Source: a virus
Reading direction: 5' to 3' (one strand)
Virus record (IMG/VR): IMGVR_UViG_3300045988_103857
Length of the DNA stretch: 64,000 bases
The translations under genes and the position numbers were made by a program. Positions 1-6,241 of this stretch are shown one piece after another. The first letter of the stretch is position 1. Each line of letters starts with the position of its first letter. Below the pieces are notes generated by a model, which did not search any database, was not told where the DNA came from, and saw only the letters and a list, made by a program, of their open reading frames with translations.

Positions 1-89
1 GGACGTCCTTGTTTTCCAGTATTTTCAGGAGGTAATAAAGGTTCAATGCGAAGCCATTCTTCATCAGTCAACTCATATCGTCTCAACAT
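1..89 (-). CDS. IS4/IS5-type (DUF4096-like) transposase, N-terminal fragment running off the window edge
   Basis: The minus-strand ATG (complement of 87-89) opens MLRRYELTDEEWLRIEPLLPPENTGKQGR, which matches the conserved IS5-family N-terminus from memory. A GGGGTG SD sits 6 nt upstream. Confidence 0.5.
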   Translation of the reverse strand, partial: MLRRYELTDEEWLRIEPLLPPENTGKQGR

Positions 90-464
90 AGTGAACACCC
101 CTTTTTCTTTATTTTATCATGAAAAAGGGAAATAAAACATGCGTTTTGTGCAATTTTTATTTTTCAGACACGCTCTAGAGTTTATTAATATACATGCTAT
201 ACAGTACCGTATAGATATATAGAGTTAATAAGAGTAATGTAACAGTAAAAATAAAATCAAATAGACTGTTGACAGTGATCTAAAAGTATGATAAAACAGA
301 ATTAACAATTGAATAAGCCGAAAGGCAATAATGATAATTAAGACTATTAGACGACTAAAAACCGTAGCAGACGGAAAGAAAAGGAACAAATAAGAGTTCT
401 GAAAAAGTATCTGCAAACGTGTTTTTTGTCGTCTTTTTTATTTCAATTTTTTGGAGGTGATACA

Positions 465-1073
465 GTGAAAAAGAGTAATACAACAGTAACAGAACAGGGA
501 ATAGAAGTGTATGAGAATGATATATACAGGCTTGTGGATGAATATATAAACACTGTGTTACAAGTAACTCCAGAAGAATTTGACACACAGAAAGAGTATA
601 AGGCTGTTGTTGCTGATAGCTTTGTAGATATGATCTTTTATATTGCTGATAGAATACCAAAACCAAGTAACGATGATATAGAGTTATTAGATAATATATT
701 TAATATATTTGTCAGGATATGCAGTAAATACAATGTGTTACCGACATTAGAAGTATTTAGCTTTTTAGTTAATATTAATCGGTCAACATTTAGTGATTGG
801 ATGCGTGGGGACTATAGAACAAGCTCATCGCATGGCACCACGGTTAAAAAATGGTTCGATATCTGCAAGAATTGTACAGTCAATAGATTGAACAACCAGC
901 CCGGCACAAATGCCAACTTGATATTTGTCGCCAAAGCAGCTTACGGCATGGCAGAGACAGCGCCAGTGCAGACGACACAGCAGGACGGCATACCACACCA
1001 GACAGCGCAGCAGATCGCAGATAAACACAGGGCGGTGCTGGAGCTTCCAGAGATGGAAAAGCCGGAGCTGTAA
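465..1073 (+). CDS. terminase small subunit-like protein
   Basis: GTG start 5 nt after a GGAGGTGA SD. The C-terminal TNANLIFVAKAAYGMAE resembles the Terminase_2 motif (..AIFLLKN.FGY..). It lies 8.6 kb upstream of TerL, so the assignment is tentative. Confidence 0.45.
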   Translation: MKKSNTTVTEQGIEVYENDIYRLVDEYINTVLQVTPEEFDTQKEYKAVVADSFVDMIFYIADRIPKPSNDDIELLDNIFNIFVRICSKYNVLPTLEVFSFLVNINRSTFSDWMRGDYRTSSSHGTTVKKWFDICKNCTVNRLNNQPGTNANLIFVAKAAYGMAETAPVQTTQQDGIPHQTAQQIADKHRAVLELPEMEKPEL

Positions 1074-1584
1074 TAGATCAGAGACCTGAAGAAGTACGCA
1101 GAGGGCGGACAAAAGAGCATGGAAACAGCTTAAATAGTGTAAATTGTATAACATATACAATATAAAAGGACTGTATTTGTTTAATATGTACACCAATCTA
1201 TAAAGAAAACTGAAGTTTGTTCCATAGATACATATGTTCTGGCTGAATAACCGTTATCACACATTCCCTTGACCACTGCCGCAGGCCATTAAAAGTCAGC
1301 GTTAAACCAGGGAAGCGGGAACCCATGGGGCGGCGGGCTTCCCTGGTAGCGTCCGGCAGGGGACACCGGGAGGGGTCTATATAAAGCCCAATACGCGCCG
1401 AGTGAGTACTCCGAGTTCCCGAAAAATTAAAAAAGCCTCTTCTAACAGCAAGGCTTTAAAATTCCGAAAAAAACAAAAAAAGAGTTCACCATGGCAGGGA
1501 TAGTGATTGCAACACGAAAGCCATAAGCCTTAATGGTTTCTCTGCCATAAACAACAAGGCGATATCAGAAAGGCAGGTATAAAT

Positions 1585-1974
1585 ATGAAAATAGGATATG
1601 CAAAAGAGTCAGGCATTTGGTTTCCATTGCTTGCAAAGAAAAAGATGCTTTTGAATGAAAAAATTGACACATTTGCTTGCGACTCAATAGATGAAAATAA
1701 TAATTTCGAACATCTTTGCGAAAACATGAGAAATGGTGATTCTTTGATTATTTGCGGAGTTGATGATATTGGAAATACCAAGGATGAAATCGAAGAAACA
1801 TGGAGACGACTCCGTGATTTGAATATTGAAATTTATGTGCTTACAGCTCCGATGTTGTTTCAGAGAGAAAACATGGCGTTAGAAGAATCATTTATAAGAG
1901 ACGTGTCACTTAGCGTACTTGCTTCTCAGGTTGAAATTGCTAATCAGAAATTAAAAGCAATGAATGATTTATGA
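1585..1974 (+). CDS. degenerate serine-recombinase (resolvase) catalytic-domain-like protein with no DNA-binding domain
   Basis: MKIGYAKESG.. and GDSLIICGVDDIGNT align by eye to resolvase MxIGYARVST and GDxLvVxxlDRLgR. The conserved Arg residues are replaced. The protein is only 129 aa. Confidence 0.4.
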   Translation: MKIGYAKESGIWFPLLAKKKMLLNEKIDTFACDSIDENNNFEHLCENMRNGDSLIICGVDDIGNTKDEIEETWRRLRDLNIEIYVLTAPMLFQRENMALEESFIRDVSLSVLASQVEIANQKLKAMNDL

Positions 1975-2008
1975 TAACCATTTACATTCACAGAAGGGTA
2001 GGAACAAG

Positions 2009-2215
2009 ATGGAGAAAATATTAAACAACGATGGATATCTTCGGTCAGGGCTGATGGATATTGCTAGACAGTTACTGAATATCTGTAGCGAAACTGGTGT
2101 TTCTAATATTCAGATAGTCACATCACCTTGGAAAGAAGGCATCACACTTTTAGCAAAAACCGGAGATAAGCCGATTCTTTCAGTAAAGATGGACACTGCC
2201 TATGAAAAAGAATAA
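2009..2215 (+). CDS. hypothetical protein
   Basis: ATG after an AGAAGGGTAGG SD-like sequence. Co-directional with neighbours. No motif recognised. Confidence 0.5.
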   Translation: MEKILNNDGYLRSGLMDIARQLLNICSETGVSNIQIVTSPWKEGITLLAKTGDKPILSVKMDTAYEKE

Positions 2216-2351
2216 CCCTCAGGGCGAATCAATCAGAATCCGTCTCACATATCAGCTAGAACGAAAGCTCATAACCGAAAAGAACCGAACCGGTAAAAGC
2301 GTATCGCAGATCACCAGAGAAGTATTGGAACAATATTTCCGAAGGAGATAG
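2202..2351 (+). CDS. ribbon-helix-helix (CopG/Arc-like) small protein, 49 aa
   Basis: Hand-translated sub-threshold ORF: MKKNNPQGESIRIRLTYQLERKLITEKNRTGKSVSQITREVLEQYFRRR. It shows the beta-strand/helix/G-x-S/helix RHH pattern. Confidence 0.5.
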   Translation: MKKNNPQGESIRIRLTYQLERKLITEKNRTGKSVSQITREVLEQYFRRR

Positions 2352-2401
2352 GAAAAACGCCGACTCAATTTTTCTCAAAAAAATAAAAAAGAGGTTTTTA
2401 T

Positions 2402-2722
2402 ATGTCAGAAGAATACAGTGAACGCTTTGATGAACTTCGTAAGAATCGAGTCGAGGTAAGCTATCATAAATACGGTCCTGTCAGGAAGAATTTTAAAACC
2501 GGGAATGTGCAAGCACTCCCATCCATGGAACGATGTATTGAGAAATACAATTCCACCGGCAACACAGAATATCTCGTGGATGCAGCAAATTACCTCATGT
2601 TCGAGTTTATGTACCCGCAGCATCCTAAAGCACATTTCAAAGCCACAGACAGCAAAGATAGCGCCGGGATAGTCGGAATCAGCGTAAAGGAAATGGAGGA
2701 CTTGAAGAATGAACAATACTAA
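2402..2722 (+). CDS. hypothetical protein
   Basis: ATG after an AGAGG SD. 106 aa. No confident motif. Confidence 0.6.
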   Translation: MSEEYSERFDELRKNRVEVSYHKYGPVRKNFKTGNVQALPSMERCIEKYNSTGNTEYLVDAANYLMFEFMYPQHPKAHFKATDSKDSAGIVGISVKEMEDLKNEQY

Positions 2723-2918
2723 CTCTGTAACTGTTACGTACGCAATAGCCGTTTTGAGAAATGAACTTCTTGCACATGGAGAAGTTTACAATGGTTTCAA
2801 AGCAAGCCTTAAAACAGCGATTGAGAAGTACTGTACATGCGGCCTGCCATTCGAGCCAGAAGAAGAAACTGCCGGTAAGATTCTTGATTTTATGATCGGA
2901 GAGGAACAGAAAGAATGA
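2709..2918 (+). CDS. hypothetical protein
   Basis: Overlaps the upstream stop. Co-directional with neighbours. Confidence 0.5.
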   Translation: MNNTNSVTVTYAIAVLRNELLAHGEVYNGFKASLKTAIEKYCTCGLPFEPEEETAGKILDFMIGEEQKE

Positions 2919-3091
2919 TTCTTGCAAAATTTGTAGCAGCCATGTTGGATATTGCATTTTTCACATTGGTTTTAGCATTTCTTATATCACAGGACGAAAC
3001 CGAAAAGAAAGGCAATCCAATAGCGACGGCAGTATTTATATTGATGGAAATTTGTTTTGCAGTTAATGCAGTTGTGATTTTTAGATTATAA
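2915..3091 (+). CDS. small membrane protein (two hydrophobic helices), 58 aa
   Basis: Hand-translated: MILAKFVAAMLDIAFFTLVLAFLISQDETEKKGNPIATAVFILMEICFAVNAVVIFRL. ATGA overlap with the upstream ORF. Confidence 0.5.
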   Translation: MILAKFVAAMLDIAFFTLVLAFLISQDETEKKGNPIATAVFILMEICFAVNAVVIFRL

Positions 3092-3106
3092 AGGAGGACG
3101 CAAGTA

Positions 3107-3619
3107 ATGAAATTTTCAGAAGCATTCAAACTTATGAAACAGGGAGCCAAGGTAAAACTTCCATCATGGGGCGGATATTGGTATTGGAACGCAGAAAAAG
3201 AAACGATTATGATACAGTGCAGACCTCAGGATAGCGATACTCAGGGAGAACTACTTGACATCAGGGAAACTCAAAGAGTTGAATATACAACTATGAATAT
3301 GCAGTCTGATGAATGGATTATTGCGGACGAAACAAACTGCCAGGTACTCGGCGGTGAAGCAACATTCTCTTTCGGGGATGCAATTAAGTACATGAAGCGC
3401 GGACTTAAAGTGGCAAGAAAAGGTTGGAACGGAAAGAAACAGTACATTCAGCTCGCCACTGGAATTTCATATAAGAGTGCTGATAATGAGATTATAAATT
3501 GCGAACACGATGCAATCGGAAATAAAGCCATTGCTTTTGTCGGAACATCTGGCGTACAGATGGGATGGGTTGCATCTCAGGCAGATATGTTAGCAGAGGA
3601 TTGGATTTTTGCAGAATAA
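3107..3619 (+). CDS. tandem DUF2829-domain protein (Tad2-like candidate Thoeris-signal sponge)
   Basis: The C-terminal half has FGDAIKYMKRGLKVARKGWNGK...WVASQADMLAEDWIF, the DUF2829 signature. The N-terminal half repeats it in weaker form (FSEAFKLMKQGAKVKLPSW...SDEWIIADE). Strong AAGGAGG SD. Confidence 0.6.
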   Translation: MKFSEAFKLMKQGAKVKLPSWGGYWYWNAEKETIMIQCRPQDSDTQGELLDIRETQRVEYTTMNMQSDEWIIADETNCQVLGGEATFSFGDAIKYMKRGLKVARKGWNGKKQYIQLATGISYKSADNEIINCEHDAIGNKAIAFVGTSGVQMGWVASQADMLAEDWIFAE

Positions 3620-3631
3620 GAGGAGAACCCA

Positions 3632-3769
3632 ATGTGGTTAGCATTTACAATACAAATTCCCCTGTTCACCATACTGATTGAACGGGTGAAAATACAAGAA
3701 AAGCAGAAGCCTGTCGTTCTCAGGTTAGGGAAAGCCTTTGAATCTGACAGGTCGAGGCATCCAGAGTAG
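3632..3769 (+). CDS. small hydrophobic protein, 45 aa
   Basis: AGGAG SD 6 nt upstream. MWLAFTIQIPLFTILIERVK... Confidence 0.4.
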   Translation: MWLAFTIQIPLFTILIERVKIQEKQKPVVLRLGKAFESDRSRHPE

Positions 3770-3930
3770 CTTAGGTCTGCGTTGGTGAAACTCAATGGAG
3801 AATAACTTTTCCCACCCATTGCAAAGTAACTGGCGCGGACTTAACGGTACAAATATAGACATGATGCTTTCTAAAATTTTATAAAATATATCACTCTATC
3901 ACGAGTCCGGGTAAAATCCCGGACAAATAA

Positions 3931-3960
3931 TGGGCTATCGCCAAGTGGTAAGGCACAGGT
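3931..3960 (+). pseudogene. tRNA-Gln 5' half (acceptor stem, D arm and 5' anticodon stem), cut off at the anticodon loop
   Basis: TGGGCTATCGCCAAGTGGTAAGGCACAGGT closely resembles the bacterial tRNA-Gln 5' sequence (UGGGxUAUCGCCAAGxGGUAAGGCA). It is complementary to 4550-4584 in tRNA geometry. Confidence 0.7.
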
Positions 3961-3966
3961 GAATAC

Positions 3967-4452
3967 ATGACAAAAGAATTGATATATGATGGCAAAACAT
4001 ACATAAATTTTCTTATTGATGAAAATGGAAATGTACTAAACAGTAAAACAAAAAGAATTTTAAAAAAATCAATTTTCAAAGATGGATATTATCATATAAC
4101 ATTACCAATGGGAAAAAGAGGAAAAGTGAAATCGATTAGACTTCATAAAGCGGTTGCGGAAACATTTATTCCGAATCCACGAAAATATCCAATCGTTCAT
4201 CATAAAGACGAAAATAAATTAAATTGTTGTTGTGAAAATCTTGAATGGACAGACTCAAAAACAAACACTCAATATCATTTAAAAAAATTAAGTGAAACAA
4301 CGGATTATTATAATAATCGAAAACTCACAAAAGATGATGTCAAATACATAAGAAAAAACAAAGGAACAATAAGCTCAGGAGAATTAGCAAAAATATTTAA
4401 TGTTTCTAAAACTACAATTTTAAACGCTCAAAATTATAAGCTGTACAATTGA
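3967..4452 (+). CDS. HNH homing endonuclease (HNH_3/NUMOD-like)
   Basis: IRLHKAVAETFIPNPRKYPIVHHKDENKLNCCCENLEW matches the H-N-H core pattern of phage HNH_3 endonucleases. Its only SD-like sequence (AGGTG) is the preceding tRNA anticodon stem. Confidence 0.8.
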   Translation: MTKELIYDGKTYINFLIDENGNVLNSKTKRILKKSIFKDGYYHITLPMGKRGKVKSIRLHKAVAETFIPNPRKYPIVHHKDENKLNCCCENLEWTDSKTNTQYHLKKLSETTDYYNNRKLTKDDVKYIRKNKGTISSGELAKIFNVSKTTILNAQNYKLYN

Positions 4453-4465
4453 TATTAAGAATTAT

Positions 4466-4541
4466 TGGGGGTTGGCGAAGCGGATTAACGCATCGGTCTT
4501 TGACACCGACATTTTCATCAGTTCAAATCTGATACCCCCAG
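4466..4541 (+). tRNA. tRNA-Gln (anticodon TTG)
   Basis: Hand fold: acceptor TGGGGGT/ACCCCCA (U1:A72, G73). D arm GCGA..ACGC. Anticodon stem TCGGT/ACCGA with loop CTTTGAC. T arm ATCAG-TTCAAAT-CTGAT. The 7-nt variable region is unusual. Confidence 0.75.
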
Positions 4542-4549
4542 TAACATTC

Positions 4550-4584
4550 ACCTGTATTCGCGGGTTCGAATCCCGCTAGCCCAG
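4550..4584 (+). pseudogene. tRNA-Gln 3' half (3' anticodon stem, variable loop, T arm and acceptor)
   Basis: ACCTG-TATTC-GCGGG-TTCGAAT-CCCGC-TAGCCCA-G. ACCTG pairs with CAGGT (3956-3960). TAGCCCA pairs with TGGGCTA (3931-3937). Confidence 0.7.
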
Positions 4585-4786
4585 TCGGACTATATTGTTT
4601 AGCCATGATATAGTTCCCCTCCGAATTGGTTCCATCTATCCCAACGGGGATGATTAAAGGGGCTTCAAACGCCCCGGTTGGACTCTGCTTATGCAGAACA
4701 GCATTTAGACCCTTTGTTGCGACTGTGAGGGCATGAATCGCAACAGCAGAGGAAGTTACTCTTGAACTGCAATAACCCTCTGCTTA

Positions 4787-4859
4787 GGAAACTTAGTTCA
4801 GTTGGCAGAACGGTCGGCTCATAACCGACAAGTCACAGGTTCGAGTCCTGTAGTTTCCA
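4787..4859 (+). tRNA. tRNA-Met or Ile2 (anticodon CAT), elongator type
   Basis: Acceptor GGAAACT/AGTTTCC. D stem GTTC/GAAC. Anticodon stem GTCGG/CCGAC with loop CTCATAA. T arm ACAGG-TTCGAGT-CCTGT. Confidence 0.85.
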
Positions 4860-5189
4860 TTTCTTCCATATGCTGTCTATCCGTTTTATGGACAGAAAAA
4901 ACTGTTGAATGAGTGTATGTGGATTATTTTCATGAAAGGTGTGTAACGGCACAGCCTGTTCGATGAAGATAATTCCCCGTTCGGCACAGTCTCTGAGTTA
5001 AATTGTCGTCAATAGGTGCACGTTGAGGACAGGAAGTTTTCAAGAGGCATATAAAAGGTTTCGTCGCTATACACAAAGACATCAATATCCAAATCCGAAA
5101 CAACTCCGTGGGGCTGGCACGGTTGAAAACAGCCTAGTGGAAAGCATAACACGATAAACATATTGCTAACCCGGGGTTTCCGGGTTATG

Positions 5190-5258
5190 TGGAATGTACG
5201 CTAGTGGAAAACTGACAGAGTCGCGCTCTGGTCTCCGGTTCGATTCCGGGCGTTCCGC
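5190..5258 (+). pseudogene. degenerate tRNA-like element (intact acceptor and T arm, aberrant D and anticodon arms)
   Basis: Acceptor TGGAATG/CGTTCCG and T arm TCCGG-TTCGATT-CCGGG are good. The central 37 nt gives no 4-bp D stem. The only central hairpin (CAGAG-TCGCG-CTCTG) has a 5-nt loop. The 5' end resembles tRNA-Thr at 5550. Confidence 0.35.
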
Positions 5259-5549
5259 TTTAATCCGCTTAGAGTTAAGCTGTTTGTATACAGGCGGTCT
5301 ATGTCTCAGGTGGATTTACGCATGAGCGTAAACGTACAACTCACTAGGCGTTTGCGTAAAAAACTTTTTAGAGAGATGAGACCACGGGCCGTGAGAAGTG
5401 ATAGTCGGCAATTCTAAAAGAACCATCTAGTTCATGTGTTTTACGATGGAAAGGTTAATGCTTATCTGGATATTTTCATCCGGTCCGAAAGCATGTGATG
5501 TGGGAATCAACCCAGTTTCTTTTCAGAGAACTGGCCGTTATAGGCGGTA

Positions 5550-5621
5550 CGGAATGTAGCTCAGTGGTAGAGCAATGGCATTGTAAGCTATGTGCCGCAG
5601 GTTCGATTCCTGCCTTTCCGA
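5550..5621 (+). tRNA. tRNA-Thr (anticodon TGT)
   Basis: D arm GCTC-AGTGGTA-GAGC. Anticodon stem ATGGC/GCTAT with loop ATTGTAA. T arm GCAGG-TTCGATT-CCTGC. The acceptor CGGAATG/CTTTCCG has one mismatch. Confidence 0.75.
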
Positions 5622-5653
5622 TTCCAATGAACTGCAATCATTGGAATTTTTTT
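5622..5653 (+). terminator. rho-independent terminator closing the tRNA island
   Basis: 9-bp stem TTCCAATGA/TCATTGGAA, a 7-nt loop, then T7. Confidence 0.8.
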
Positions 5654-5743
5654 CTCTTACTTCGTTCGGTTCCAGTGTTTCTCGTTGGGAGATTTATGCC
5701 GTTCAAGTCGGCGCACTGGATTTTTTTAATTAAGGAGATGGCT

Positions 5744-5812
5744 ATGGACACAAAAGGATGTAAATGTTGTTGCACGTGTAAATGGTACGCAGTATGCGAA
5801 GGCGTCTGCTGA
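5744..5812 (+). CDS. Cys-rich micro-ORF, 22 aa (MDTKGCKCCCTCKWYAVCEGVC)
   Basis: AAGGAG SD 6 nt upstream of the ATG. 8 of 22 residues are Cys. Sub-threshold ORF read by hand. Confidence 0.3.
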   Translation: MDTKGCKCCCTCKWYAVCEGVC

Positions 5813-5885
5813 AATGGCGACAGTGAACATTGTGCAGACTTTAGATGCCTGGATGATAGTTGTGAATGTTGGGAGGAGAATAAGC

Positions 5886-6080
5886 ATGAGTGATTTGTCT
5901 GAACTTATTAATAATGGCGGTCTTATTATAAAAGAGCTGGAAAACGAACCGCCCATAGACCCTATAAAGGTAGCAAATTGGTTGATTGATCGCGGATTAA
6001 AAACTGGAATCCGATTATACGGAAAAAGTGAACTTAGACAAATTGCCAAACACCTTTTAATTTATTGTGGGGACGAATAA
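5886..6080 (+). CDS. hypothetical protein
   Basis: GGGAGGAG SD upstream of the ATG at 5886. 64 aa. Confidence 0.5.
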   Translation: MSDLSELINNGGLIIKELENEPPIDPIKVANWLIDRGLKTGIRLYGKSELRQIAKHLLIYCGDE

Positions 6081-6241
6081 TGCAAATAGCAGGAAAAGAA
6101 ATCAAAGACGAGTGTTCCAGATGCGGTAATATCCTTGAATGTGAGTTGTTCCGTCAGGGACATGGAATAAAACAGAAACGTGAGAATATAGCAAAGATGA
6201 TCGAATGCCAGATGAAGCACAGGGAGGAAAGAGAGAAATGA
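6080..6241 (+). CDS. small CxxC-containing protein, 53 aa
   Basis: ATG overlaps the upstream TAA. MQIAGKEIKDECSRCGNILECELF... The stop overlaps the next start (ATGA). Confidence 0.4.
   Translation: MQIAGKEIKDECSRCGNILECELFRQGHGIKQKRENIAKMIECQMKHREEREK

Noticed and set aside
225-666. Minus-strand ORFs at 225-416 and 355-666
   Set aside because: Their products are low-complexity and hydrophobic, arising from AT-rich intergenic DNA. They overlap the SD-led terS-like gene and have no SD.
1290-1400. Assignment of the GC-rich island to a specific riboswitch or ribozyme class (ykkC/guanidine, c-di-GMP, cobalamin, twister, hammerhead)
   Set aside because: By-eye comparison found only fragmentary resemblance (for example AAGCGGG and GGGGCGG) and none of the diagnostic cores. 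It is left as an unclassified candidate.
3961-4549. A self-splicing group I intron in the tRNA-Gln anticodon loop
   Set aside because: The HNH ORF (486 nt) and a complete tRNA (76 nt) fill almost the whole 589-nt insert, leaving under 30 nt for a ribozyme core. No combination of flanking nucleotides rebuilds a 7-nt loop with U33. An embedded replacement tRNA would be unnecessary if splicing restored the gene.
5495-5812. 105-aa plus-strand ORF
   Set aside because: It reads straight through tRNA-Thr and two terminators. Only its last 22 codons, which have their own SD, are kept as a possible micro-ORF.
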